Assembly (NCBI GenBank): GCA_964489545.1 | Contig: CAZAZE010000009.1 | Location: 3,035 to 67,034, forward strand | DNA length: 64,000 nt | Reading direction: 5' to 3' | Source: an uncultured Bacteroidales bacterium | Lineage (GTDB): Bacteria > Bacteroidota > Bacteroidia > Bacteroidales > JAGOPY01 | Part shown: positions 26,225-36,400 of the stretch, piece after piece | How the letters are laid out: each line of letters opens with the position of its first letter | Numbering within the stretch: position 1 is the stretch's first letter | The notes under the pieces: generated by a model | The model's database searches: none | Told to the model about the DNA's origin: nothing | What the model saw: the letters and a program-made list of their open reading frames with translations, nothing else | Made by a program: the position numbers and the translations under genes

Positions 26225-26260
26225 TTCATTCAGGCATTGTTAAGGAATAAATATTCTTAA

Positions 26261-26354
26261 GCCACAAAAGCACAAAATCACTAAGGAACACAAAACGGTT
26301 GTAATTAGTTAAATTAGAAGTAAATGCGATTTGGTGTTTTTGTGTTTTGGTGGC
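26261..26354. repeat. GCCAC...GTGGC composite hairpin element (copy E)
   Basis: gccacaaaagcacaaaatcactaagg...gatttggtgtttttgtgttttggtggc. Confidence 0.6.
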
Positions 26355-26421
26355 AAGAATAAGACTTATAATACGCCCTACTGACGATGAACAATCAGTG
26401 GTTCCCCTTGCAACATTTAAA

Positions 26422-26625
26422 TCATTTCGTTTTGCAGGTTTTGATGCCAAATATGGCATACAGCGGGCAGAAATTCACCAGGCTGGTCAGGATGAAAATC
26501 GCAGCCAGTGCCAGCAGAATGTAACCGAAAACAACCGGTACGGCATTGAAAACGAAGAGGAGGATGAAAATTGCGGCCAGCAGCAGGCGGACCACTTTGT
26601 CGACGGAACCCATGTTTTTCTTCAT
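26422..26625 (-). CDS. DUF2892 (YgaP-like) small membrane protein
   Basis: MGSVDKVVRLLLAAIFILLF...NFCPLYAIFGIKTC is typical of the family. Confidence 0.7.
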   Translation of the reverse strand: MKKNMGSVDKVVRLLLAAIFILLFVFNAVPVVFGYILLALAAIFILTSLVNFCPLYAIFGIKTCKTK

Positions 26626-26699
26626 TGTTTTAAGATTTGAGGTTTAACGTTACGATAAAAATATGGCGACAAAATTAAATGGCCCCATCGCCTCAAAAA

Positions 26700-26715
26700 G
26701 GTGACCTTAGTCACC
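26700..26715. promoter_or_regulatory. Candidate Crp/Fnr-family binding site GGTGA-CCTTAG-TCACC
   Basis: Perfect 5-N6-5 palindrome straddling the crp-like stop codon, centred about 82 nt upstream of the DUF2892 start codon. Confidence 0.45.
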
Positions 26716-27348
26716 GGAAGCCAAAATTTCTATTCCGTTGGCCTGTTGCCGTATCTTTCCTTCTTTTTCCAGCTTTTTCAGCAGGCGGGTAATGACTTCG
26801 CGTGCTGTGCCTAATTCATTAGCGATCTGTTTATGGCGGATATTGATCGTTTTTTCGCCTTTGAGCCGGCTTTTTTCGATCAGGTAATCCATGATCCGCT
26901 TGTCGAGTTTATGGTACAGGAGATACTTGATGGTATCGAGTAACTCCGCGTACCTGATGTTGTATTGCTGGTAGAAGAGTGTATTGATGCCCGGGTATTG
27001 CCGGATCCATTCCGAAACGCGGTCGACCGGAAGCAGTAGGGCACGGGTGTCTTCTTCCGTGACGGCGAAGATGCGGCTGGGTTCGTTTTTCAGGCTGGCG
27101 GAGAATGACATGATGCAGCTCTGGAACGGCTCGATGTAATACAGCAGCAGTTCTTTATCCTCATAACGGCTGTACACTTTGATCAGGCCATCCAGTACCA
27201 CCGGGATGACCCGGATGTACTGTCCCTCCTGAAGGATCTCCGTCTGACCCGGGATATCCTTTATCAGGCAGTGCCGGAGCACTTCATCCAGCAGCTCGGG
27301 CCCTAGGAAGTGGAGGTGTTTTCTGATCCGCAGTTTGTCGTGATCCAT
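26707..27348 (-). CDS. Crp/Fnr-family transcriptional regulator
   Basis: cNMP-binding-like N-terminus and C-terminal HTH NIRHKQIANELGTAREVITRLLKKLEKEGKI. Confidence 0.85.
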   Translation of the reverse strand: MDHDKLRIRKHLHFLGPELLDEVLRHCLIKDIPGQTEILQEGQYIRVIPVVLDGLIKVYSRYEDKELLLYYIEPFQSCIMSFSASLKNEPSRIFAVTEEDTRALLLPVDRVSEWIRQYPGINTLFYQQYNIRYAELLDTIKYLLYHKLDKRIMDYLIEKSRLKGEKTINIRHKQIANELGTAREVITRLLKKLEKEGKIRQQANGIEILASGD

Positions 27349-27496
27349 TGGTTCTGATGATTTTTCCGGATCGATCTGTTAAATAAATGTTAAATCATTT
27401 CAAATATCGGAATAAAAAAATTACTGGGCAAGTTAAGCAATGCGTTGAATAATAATGAGATAATCATAAGATCACTTGCATTTATGCATTAGAAGA

Positions 27497-27523
27497 TGTA
27501 ACTTTAGTCACCTTTAAGGGTGA
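27497..27523. promoter_or_regulatory. Candidate Crp/Fnr-family site TGTAA-CTTTAG-TCACC overlapping a second palindrome TCACC-TTTAAG-GGTGA
   Basis: Shares ACYTTAGTCACC with the 26700 site and is centred about 77 nt upstream of the CxxCH-protein start. Confidence 0.45.
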
Positions 27524-27581
27524 ATGGGCCTGATAATTTAGCCGATAGAAATTCGCATCATTAACCATAAATACATTGATT

Positions 27582-28397
27582 ATGAAGAGCAGAGGTTTAC
27601 TTTATTTTGTGCTGGCCGCGGCCATTTTTCCGCTTGCATCCTGGGTTTTGTCTCCGGGGGGATCACCGGGCGGCAAGACCGGATCGCCGGGCGACGGCGG
27701 CGCCACGTGCATCCAGTGCCATAGCGGCGCAAACCAGCAGGCTTCCGGCTGGATCACATCCAATATTCCCGGCACCGGATACATTCCGGGCCAGACATAC
27801 ACGATCACGGCGTCGGCGACCCACAGCGGGGCTCTGCGTTACGGTTTTGAGTTAACCGCCGAAGATGCTGCTTCGGCCAAGAAAGGCACCTTCGTTATCA
27901 CCAACGCCGCAGAGACGAAACTGGTGAACAACGCAAAGGCGGTGACCCACACTTCCGGTGGGACGACCCCTTCGGGAAGCGGCAAAACCTGGTCGTTCGA
28001 CTGGACAGCGCCAGTAACCGGCACCGGCCCGGTCACCTTCTACGGGGCGTTCAATGCCGCCAACGGCAACGGAAGCACCAGCGGCGATGTGATCTACGTT
28101 TCGAGCCTGCAGGCCGATGAGTTTTCGACGGGCATCACGGACAACACTGCCGATGCAGTGGGTTTAAAGGCTTATCCCAATCCCTTCTCGGATCACCTTT
28201 CTTTATCCATGGAGCGTGGAAAAGACGTCAGCGAGGTGCGGCTGGTATCTGCCTCAGGCGCCAGGGTATGGTCATCAAAAGAGTACTTGCACGGCTCCTT
28301 ACAGATTGAAGCCAGCGCTATTCCGGCGGGGGTTTATCAGTTGGTGGTACTGTTTTCCGACGGGTCTATGGCTAACAGGATGGTTGTCAGGAGGTAA
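27582..28397 (+). CDS. Secreted protein with one CxxCH motif, a Reeler/DOMON-like beta-sandwich region and a T9SS C-terminal sorting domain
   Basis: Signal peptide MKSRGLLYFVLAAAIF; GATCIQCHSG; C-terminus LKAYPNPFSDHLSLSM...GVYQLVVLFSDGSMANRMVVRR. Confidence 0.7.
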   Translation: MKSRGLLYFVLAAAIFPLASWVLSPGGSPGGKTGSPGDGGATCIQCHSGANQQASGWITSNIPGTGYIPGQTYTITASATHSGALRYGFELTAEDAASAKKGTFVITNAAETKLVNNAKAVTHTSGGTTPSGSGKTWSFDWTAPVTGTGPVTFYGAFNAANGNGSTSGDVIYVSSLQADEFSTGITDNTADAVGLKAYPNPFSDHLSLSMERGKDVSEVRLVSASGARVWSSKEYLHGSLQIEASAIPAGVYQLVVLFSDGSMANRMVVRR

Positions 28398-28405
28398 TGG
28401 GCTAT

Positions 28406-28516
28406 GAGATGACATCTCGCATGATTTTAGCATTTTTTAAATCATTGTTAATCAACATGTAAAATATCAATGTAAGTCGCATATGTGGCTGAAATGTGCC
28501 TGCGAGATGTCATCTC
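28406..28516. repeat. 16-bp perfect inverted repeat (GAGATGACATCTCGCA / TGCGAGATGTCATCTC) with a 79-nt spacer
   Basis: Arms at 28406-28421 and 28501-28516. Each arm also contains the internal palindrome GAGATG-N-CATCTC. Confidence 0.8.
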
Positions 28517-28555
28517 GTGATAATCTTTACCTTTATACGCTCCAAATCTACCCGT

Positions 28556-29101
28556 ATGAACATCAGGATTATTCCACGGCTTACGCTTGCTTTTTTAATA
28601 AGCCTTATGCTGACAGCCTGCGCCACACAGGACAAACAGCACGAAACGCTGGCCTCCAAAATCCAGTATGACGTCCCCATCGTCAGTAACGACCCGCAGC
28701 TTGACTGGTGGATCAACAACATCGAAGGGTCGCGAAGGGAGCCGTTCCTGCAAAGGATCATGGAAGCGGCCGAAAAAGGGGAAGTACGGGTGTACGACTA
28801 TTTCAATAAACCGTTATCCCCGCAACAGGTCCGGGCCATGGGCTCTGACACGGTCTACATGACGCTCATGCGGGAGTATCCACCGTATGAGGAATACGAC
28901 ACCATGGTCGTGCATACGGTTTCTTGGCGCGAGATCACCAAGATCCGGTTCCTGGAAGAATGGACCTGGATCCCGGGAAGCCTGGAGATCTCAAAAAGGC
29001 TGATCGGGCTGGGACCGGTGATCCAGCGGGAAATGGCCGGGGAACAATACAACCAGTTGCTGTTCTGGATCTATCCCGGCCCGGATTCCCCTCAGCCCTG
29101 A
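28556..29101 (+). CDS. Hypothetical lipoprotein
   Basis: MNIRIIPRLTLAFLISLMLTAC lipobox. No recognisable domain. Confidence 0.55.
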   Translation: MNIRIIPRLTLAFLISLMLTACATQDKQHETLASKIQYDVPIVSNDPQLDWWINNIEGSRREPFLQRIMEAAEKGEVRVYDYFNKPLSPQQVRAMGSDTVYMTLMREYPPYEEYDTMVVHTVSWREITKIRFLEEWTWIPGSLEISKRLIGLGPVIQREMAGEQYNQLLFWIYPGPDSPQP

Positions 29102-29139
29102 AGCTTTCTTAGCTATCTTTGCGCTTCATTTTCGCCTTG

Positions 29140-30369
29140 ATGGAATTTCAAACCGCACAGCTGAACAATGGCATCCGCCTGCTGCATCTCCCGGCGCCGG
29201 GCCCCGTGGCCCACGTCGCGGTCTATATCAATGCCGGAACCCGTGATGAACCGGAACACCAGAGCGGCCTGGCCCACTTTATCGAACATACCCTCTTTAA
29301 GGGTACGAAAAAGAGAAAAGCCTATCATGTGCTCACCCGGCTGGAAAATGTGGGCGGCGACCTGAACGCCTTCACCACCAAGGAGGAGACCTGCATTTTC
29401 GCCACGGTGCTTGATGAGCATTTTGCCCGGGCTTTCGAGCTCCTCGCCGATATCATCACGAACCCGACCTTCCCTGAGAAAGAGCTGAAGAAAGAGAAGG
29501 ATGTCATCCTGGAAGAGATCAACGCTTACAAAGACAGCCCTTCTGAGGAGATCTACGATATGCTCGAGGAAAATGTGTACCGAGGGCATGCCATGGGCCG
29601 CAACATCCTGGGCAATCCGGAGCATATATTGAAATTCACCCGCACGGAGGTGCTTGATTTTATCGGGCGGTTTTACCGCGGCGGGAATATGGTGCTGGCT
29701 ACCTCCGGAAACCTTCCGTTCAACCGGGTCAAACGCCTTGCAGAACGGTATTTCGAGGGCGTGGCCGGCGGGCAGGCTGCGGCCCGGCGTATCCCTTTTC
29801 CGGGATACCAGCCTTTTTTCCTCGATCTTCAAAAGAACACCTTCCAGACACATTGCATGCTGGCCAACGTGGCCTACGACCGCCGGGACCCCCGCCGGTA
29901 TCCCCTGTTCCTGCTCAACAACATCCTGGGCGGCCCGGCCATGAATTCCCGGCTCAACCTGGCCGTCAGGGAGCGCCACGGATATGCCTACGCAGTGGAA
30001 TCGGCCTACCTTCCGTACACGGATACCGGGATCTTCAGCATTTACCTGGGCACCGATAACGGAAACCTGCAGCGGTCGCTCCGGCTGATCCGCAAAGAGA
30101 TGGACCGTTTGATGACCGATGCACTGAGCCAGAAGCAGATTTCGCAGGCCCGCCGGCAGCTGTTCGGACAGATCGAGATCGCCAACGAATCGAACCTGAA
30201 TTATCTCACCGCGGCAGGCAAGGCGTATTTGCACGACGACCGGCTCGACAGCCCGGAGGAGATCCGGCAGAAAGTCGATTCCATCACCGCCGGCCAGCTC
30301 GTTGAAACCGCCAGGGAAATCTTCGATCCGGCAAGGATCAGCACCCTGGTATTCCAGAACAAAGCATGA
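29140..30369 (+). CDS. M16-family (pitrilysin/insulinase-like) zinc peptidase
   Basis: Inverted zinc motif in GLAHFIEHTLFKGT (HxxEH). Confidence 0.85.
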   Translation: MEFQTAQLNNGIRLLHLPAPGPVAHVAVYINAGTRDEPEHQSGLAHFIEHTLFKGTKKRKAYHVLTRLENVGGDLNAFTTKEETCIFATVLDEHFARAFELLADIITNPTFPEKELKKEKDVILEEINAYKDSPSEEIYDMLEENVYRGHAMGRNILGNPEHILKFTRTEVLDFIGRFYRGGNMVLATSGNLPFNRVKRLAERYFEGVAGGQAAARRIPFPGYQPFFLDLQKNTFQTHCMLANVAYDRRDPRRYPLFLLNNILGGPAMNSRLNLAVRERHGYAYAVESAYLPYTDTGIFSIYLGTDNGNLQRSLRLIRKEMDRLMTDALSQKQISQARRQLFGQIEIANESNLNYLTAAGKAYLHDDRLDSPEEIRQKVDSITAGQLVETAREIFDPARISTLVFQNKA

Positions 30370-30935
30370 TGATCCCGAAAGACATAGAAGAGTATATTCT
30401 GGTGCATACTTCCCCGGAGCCGCCTTTGCTGCGGGAATTGCACCGCAAAACCTTTCTGCACACCCCTTACCCCAGGATGATGTCGGGTCCGGTTCAGGGC
30501 CGGTTGTTATCACTGATCAGCCACATGGTACGCCCCGCCCGGATCCTGGAGATCGGGACCTTTACCGGTTATTCCGCCCTGTGCCTTTCGGAAGGGCTTG
30601 CTCCCGGAGGCATTATCCACACCATCGAGGCCGATCCTGTCTATGCCGCCATCGCGCAGGAGTTCTTCGCCAGGTCGGGCATCCCCGGCCGGATCATACT
30701 GCATTCCGGTGATGCCCTGTCGATCATTCCCGGGCTCAATGAGATCTTTGACCTGGTGTTCATCGACGCGGCCAAGGAGCAGTATGTCGATTATTATGAA
30801 TCGATTTTTGAAAAAGTCAGGCACGGAGGCTTCATCCTGGCCGACAACACCTTATGGGACGGAAAAGTACTCGAAGGGCCTGATGCGAACGACCCGGAAA
30901 CCCGGGGCATCATCCGGTTCAATGAAATGATTTAG
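30366..30935 (+). CDS. Class I SAM-dependent O-methyltransferase (caffeoyl-CoA OMT-like)
   Basis: ILEIGTFTGYSALCL, FDLVFIDAAKEQY. ATGA overlap with the M16 gene. Confidence 0.8.
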   Translation: MMIPKDIEEYILVHTSPEPPLLRELHRKTFLHTPYPRMMSGPVQGRLLSLISHMVRPARILEIGTFTGYSALCLSEGLAPGGIIHTIEADPVYAAIAQEFFARSGIPGRIILHSGDALSIIPGLNEIFDLVFIDAAKEQYVDYYESIFEKVRHGGFILADNTLWDGKVLEGPDANDPETRGIIRFNEMI

Positions 30936-31012
30936 GCGGATCAGCGGGTGGAAAATGTCCTGCTGGCTGTAAGGGACGGGCTGATGGTGGCGCGGAAGAT
31001 CTGAGCCTGCAG

Positions 31013-31516
31013 CTACACCTTGTACTCAAACTTCACCTTAGCCAGTTCTTCGTTGGCCTTAATGATCTTCTCCTTCAGTTCGTCCTTGAACCTTATCATC
31101 TTTTCCATCAGATCTTTGTCGCCTGTGGCGATGATCTGTGCGGCGAGGATTCCGGCGTTGCGGGCGCCGTTGATGGCCACGGTGGCCACCGGGATCCCCG
31201 GGGGCATCTGGACGATGGCCAGCAGTGAGTCGAGCCCGTCGAGCGACGCTTTGATCGGCACACCGATGACCGGGAGCGGGGTCATTGCGGCGATTACGCC
31301 CGGCAGGTGGGCCGCCATGCCCGCTCCTGCTATGATCACCTTCACGCCCCGGTAGGCCGCCGACCTGGCGAACTCTTCTACTTTGTCCGGCGTGCGGTGT
31401 GCCGACAGGGCGTTGATTTCAAAAGGTATATGCAATTCGTTCAATACTTTGGCCGCCTCTTCCATGACCGGAAGATCGGAAGTGGAACCCATAATGATGC
31501 TTACGAGTGGAACCAT
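31013..31516 (-). CDS. purE: 5-(carboxyamino)imidazole ribonucleotide mutase
   Basis: [14 protein letters not shown]...SAHRTP...[28 protein letters not shown]. Confidence 0.9.
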   Translation of the reverse strand: MVPLVSIIMGSTSDLPVMEEAAKVLNELHIPFEINALSAHRTPDKVEEFARSAAYRGVKVIIAGAGMAAHLPGVIAAMTPLPVIGVPIKASLDGLDSLLAIVQMPPGIPVATVAINGARNAGILAAQIIATGDKDLMEKMIRFKDELKEKIIKANEELAKVKFEYKV

Positions 31517-31530
31517 GCTTTTTTCAGTGT

Positions 31531-31633
31531 TAAGGTTTGAGGTTTAAGGTTTAAGTTCAATTTTCAGTATTCTAAGCTCTAAGCTCCAAGCTCTAAGCCC
31601 TAAGCTCTGAGCTCTAAGCCCTAAGCCCTGAGG
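31531..31633. repeat. Heptamer arrays AGGTTTA (x3) and CTAAGCT (x~9) in the purE/hpt divergent spacer
   Basis: taaggtttgaggtttaaggtttaag; ctaagctctaagctccaagctctaagccctaagctctgagctctaagccctaagccctgagg. Confidence 0.85.
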
Positions 31634-31711
31634 ATTAGTTTCAGGCTATGTCGGCAAATTTAACTCTTTTCCTTAATTTTGGCTGTTCAGCGTTCCCAAA
31701 AGCCAAACCGA

Positions 31712-32245
31712 ATGAAAACTGTATCAGTTAAGGATAAAGACTTCCGCCTTTCCATTCCCGCTTCGGATCTGGAGGCGGCCATAGACCGGATCGCCGGGGA
31801 GATCAACCGCGACCTCGACGGGACAAAACCGGTGTTCCTCGTAGTCCTGAACGGCGCGTTCATTTTCGCCGCCGATCTGTACCGGAAGATCACCATCGAG
31901 AGCGAGATCAGTTTCGTCAAACTGGCTTCTTATTCCGGCACCCAGTCCACTTCTTCAGTGAAAGAACTGATTGGTTTAAACGAAAAACTGAAGGGGCGGA
32001 CGGTTGTTATCCTCGAGGATATCATCGACACGGGCACCACCATGCAATTCCTGATGAACAAACTGGAATACCTGGGCGCCGCCAGGGTATACCTGGCTGC
32101 GTTGTTGTTCAAGCCTTCCGCTTTTCGTGAAAACTTCCGGATCGATTACCTTGGCCTGGAGATCCCCAACGAATTCATCGTGGGATACGGGCTCGATTAT
32201 GATGGTTATGGAAGGAATTACGCGGATATTTACAAGATCATCTAG
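31712..32245 (+). CDS. hpt: Hypoxanthine(-guanine) phosphoribosyltransferase
   Basis: VVILEDIIDTGTTM PRPP motif and typical length from the ATG at 31712. Confidence 0.85.
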   Translation: MKTVSVKDKDFRLSIPASDLEAAIDRIAGEINRDLDGTKPVFLVVLNGAFIFAADLYRKITIESEISFVKLASYSGTQSTSSVKELIGLNEKLKGRTVVILEDIIDTGTTMQFLMNKLEYLGAARVYLAALLFKPSAFRENFRIDYLGLEIPNEFIVGYGLDYDGYGRNYADIYKII

Positions 32246-32311
32246 CCCGAACGTAGTAGAGCAAAGTATGAACTATTGAGACGTCAACGGGTTCACCCGT
32301 TGGTAAATAAT

Positions 32312-32343
32312 AAAAAAGGGCGCTCCCGATTCGGGAAGCGCCC
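32312..32343 (-). terminator. Rho-independent terminator (GC-rich stem followed by a U-run on the minus strand)
   Basis: Minus strand reads GGGCGCTTCCCGAATCGGGAGCGCCC TTTTTT, 24 nt after the stop of the giant gene. It also lies downstream of hpt. Confidence 0.8.
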
Positions 32344-33428
32344 TTTGCTTTGAAGCATGATTTCGGTTACCGGGTGACGATGATCTTCCGCATGACCTGG
32401 CTCTGGCCGGTGCGGATGGTCAGGGTGTAGATGCCTTTGGGCACGTTGCCCAGGTCGATGTCGAGCCGGCCCTGTCCGCTGATGACCACGTCGGCCTTTT
32501 CGTAGATGCGGATACCAAGGTGGTTCACCACTTCGGCCTGGTAGGTGGTTTCTGTCTTATTGACAAAGGCCACGGTGAACTTCCCGCTGTTGGGTATGGG
32601 GAAGATATTCAGGCTGGTGCCGGGCAGTTCGTCGATCCCCACGAAGATGACCTCCACGTGGTTGGATTCCTGTGAGGAGCAACCGTTGAGGGTGACGATG
32701 GTCCAGTAGAAGCCTTCCTCTTCGGCCTGGTGGGTCTGCCCGGTGGCGCCTTCGATGGGGTTACCGTTGAAGTACCACTGGTTTCCGTCGGGTGCGCTGC
32801 TGGTGAGCAGGTAGTCGCCGTCGACGGTCACGACCGGTGCGGGCGGGATGGGGTTGACGGTGACGAAGAAGGCGGGCGAGGCCGGTCCGTTACCGCAGTT
32901 GTTGACTGCGGCCACGGTGATGTTGCCGGAGCTGGCGCCGGGTCCGAAGAAGACCTTGATGGCGGGTGTTCCTTCGCCTTCGAAGATGGTGGCGCCGGCG
33001 GGCACGGTCCAGTCGTAGGAGAGGGCTCCGGCGACGGGCGCCACGCTGTAGCTGGCGTTTTGGCCCATGCAGAGTTCGTCAACGCCGGTGATGGCGCCGG
33101 GTGCCACGGGCACGCCCATGACGGTGACGGCGAAGCTGGCCGGTGTTGCGGCGGGGCATCCGGAAGCGTTGTCATAATTGACCGTGACGGTCTTGCTGCC
33201 CGGGGTGGTCCAGTTGACTTCGATCTGGTAGGTTCCCTGGCCGGAGACGATGGTGCCGCCGGTGGAGACGGTCCAGGAATAGTCGCTGAATCCCTGCTCG
33301 GTGGTGTAGACGAACAGGCCGGAGTTGGCGCACATCATATTCGATCCGGAGATGGTCGGCGAAGGCAGCCCGCTGACCTGGACGGGCATCACGGCGGGCG
33401 CGGCGGCGGGGCAGCCGGCGGCGCTGGT
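32312..33428. repeat. 1117-bp block identical to 39015-40131 (copy 1)
   Basis: Identical C-terminal 354 codons. Antisense-frame track ORFs are also identical (32828..33175 versus 39531..39878, both 115 aa), and spot checks of the DNA lines agree. The first difference is at 33429 (g) versus 40132 (a). Confidence 0.85.
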
Positions 33429-36400
33429 GTACGTCACGCTGAGCGACTGGGCGCCCGTGCTGTTCCACTGCACGTCGACCGTGGCGGTTCCTGCGCCGGC
33501 AATGATCTGGCCTCCGGCAGATACGGTCCAGACATACGATGACATTCCGGCTTCGGTGCTGTAGGTGTAGATGGACCCCAGGCAGGCCGGGTCGGCGCCG
33601 GTGATGGTGGGCACCGGCAGCGGGTTCACGGCGACGGCCAGGCTGCTTTGGGCGCCATTGCCGCAATTGCTGGAGCCGTAAACCGTAATGTCGCCAGAAA
33701 CCGACGTTTCATCAAAACTGACCGTGATGCTGTTAGTGCCTGCACCGGCGGTGATGGTCGCTCCTGCGGGAACGGTCCACACATAGGTTGTTGCATCCTG
33801 GATGGGAGCAACGGTATACACATTGCCCGCGCTGGGCTTGCAGATATTCTGCGGGCCGGTAATGGGCCCTGCGGCCGCCGGCGGCGGGCAGTAAGTGTTG
33901 AACATCTGGTCGGCGCCATAAGTGGTCCCCTCGGCGTTGGTACCGACGCAACGGAAATGGTATTCGGTATTGTCCAGCAGGCCCGCTATCTGGGCACTGA
34001 CTGCGGTTGGGCTCATGCCGTTGACCGTCAGCGGTGTGGCATTGGCAACATTGCCATACGCAGGAGTAAGACCCCATTCGAAGGTGACCGTGGTTTCCTG
34101 GTTGTTGGCTGTTACCGTTCCGTTCAGTTGTGCCGTGCTGATGAGCACGTTGCTGGCCGGGTTGGTCACCACCACCGGCAGTTCACCCAGTGTGGTAAAG
34201 GTCATATCGCTGCCGTATGAGGTTCCGCCGCTGTTGGTGGCATAGACGCGGTAGTGATACGTCGAGAAGATTTCCAGGCCGGAAAGGTCGACGGTGACGG
34301 CGACATCGGTGCTGCCGCTGACCTGTGCCGGTACCGCTGGCACGACCGTTCCGTAGCTGTCGGTCGGGCCGTATTCGAAGTAGACCATGGTATTGGAGTT
34401 GTTGGCGTTGACCAGCCCGTTGAGCGTTGCCCCGGTCGAAGTGATCCCGGTAGCCGCCTGGGTGGTCACCGTTGGCGGGGGAACCGTTTCGAAGGTCATG
34501 TCGTCGCCATAGATGATCAGACCGCCCGCACCGATGACACGTGCACGGAAGTGGTATACCGCGGAGGTAGTCAGCCCGGCCAGGTCGGCCGAATAGGCTG
34601 TCGGGCTGTTTCCGGTAACCGATGAAGGTACCCCGGCAACGCTATTACCGTAATTGGTATCAAATCCGTAATCGAAGTAGGTGGACACGTTCTGGCCAAC
34701 CGGGTTCACCGAAGCGTTCAATGTGGCCGAAACGGGGGTCACGCTGGTGGCCGGCATGGTCATGAGGTCAGGATCGTTCCCGAATTCGTAAGCGCCCATA
34801 TCCGGAGGACTGGTGCGGTTCTGGCCGGTAAAGTCCTTGGGCACATCCGGCAGGTAAACGCCCTGGTTGTTCAGCATGGTGTTCGTTGGCAGCGGGTTGG
34901 TCGGTGAAACGAAATTCGGGTTCATGTTTTCCGAGTTGAAATCCTGTCCTGTGGCTGCTTTCCATGCAGTGAAATCGGCTACCTCGGCTCCGTAATACCC
35001 GAAAGCGCTTCCGGTGGTATAATAATCATTGTAGTCGATGGCAGCAAAAGTGGTCGTCGAGGGTGTATAAACCGTATATGCTCTCGGATCAACCCCTGTA
35101 CGCGTGTTGGAGAAGATGTTGTTGCGAACGTCAATATTGCTGGTTGCCGTCGAAATGAACAGGCAGTGAGAATAAACACCGGCGGTGGTGCTTCCGAACG
35201 CACCGGTCAGGCTGATGGTGTTGTGCCACACTTTGTACCCGTTGCCGCCGACGATACGGATCCCGATGGGGCCATAGAAGTTCGACGTGCTGCCGTACAT
35301 ATCCAGGTCATAGATCAGGTTATTAGATACCTGGTTATTAACGGTGCCTGTCGTTGTAGCGAAATACATGGCGATGCAATAGTAGCTTGCCGTAGTATTG
35401 GTCTGGCCCATAGCATGGATATGGTTGTTGTGGAAGAGCGAATTGGCAATGGTGGTTCCGGTGTACAAACCATACTTGCTGCCGTTGTAGATCATATTAT
35501 AGATCTCGTTGTCGCTGACGACGGCGCCGTTGATGCTCTGGAACCGCATTCCGTACCCGGTGATGTAATCGGTATCGACGTCGGCGCCGATGGTGTTGTT
35601 TTTTACGACCAGGTTATCCAATTCCCCGACCGCCGGCAGACCATGGGCGATCAGGCCGTAATAAGCCCTGGAGATCCGGTTGTTTTCAATGGTGATCCCG
35701 TCGTTGTCCGCACCGGTGCCACTGGTGCTGATCGAGGTTCCGCCGACGAAGATGCCGATCTGGGATGTTACGGTATTGCTGCCGCCCTTGATGTGGCAGT
35801 TTTTGATGGTATTGTTGGAGGACCCCTGTTCCACGCCCAGGCTTGAGATCCAGATGGTGGCCGTGGAAGTGGAGGTGGCCGTGTTTTCGATCGTCAGGTT
35901 CCGGGTGGTGCCGCCGGGCACATTCGAGCCGTCGAAGACATAGTATTGTCCGCCTTCAAACTTAATGATGGAAGTCCCGGACCCGGTGATTGTGGGTGAT
36001 GCGCCGCTGGCCGGCCGGATGGTGATGGTGTTGGCGCTGCTGGCCCCGGCGACGGGCAACAGGACAATGGGCACGGTTTCGGCGTCGTAGGTGGCATCCG
36101 TCAGCTCAAACACGACCGGGCAGGTCACTTCGTAATTGACCAGGTCGGCTATGGCTGCGGTGAGCGTGGCATAGTCGCCGCCGGTACCCACCTGGAATGT
36201 ACCGCAGAGGGGCAGCAGGATGGTGTACGTCAGCGGCGGGTCAGGCGGGGTTGAGCAGGCCGGCGGGTTGCTGGTATAACCGCTGGCGCCCGCGGCGGGC
36301 ATTGCGCCGATATTCAAAGGATCGGCTTCGTCCTGTGCCACCAGGTAATAGGAAACCACATCTCCCACGGCAACCCCGGCGCCCAGGGTGAAGGAATACT

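Noticed and set aside
32730-33542. 270-aa plus-strand ORF, its twin at 39433..40401, and other Gly/Ala/Asp-rich ORFs inside the giant genes
   Set aside because: They are antisense or out-of-frame shadows of the giant coding sequences, and are duplicated only because the underlying DNA block is duplicated.
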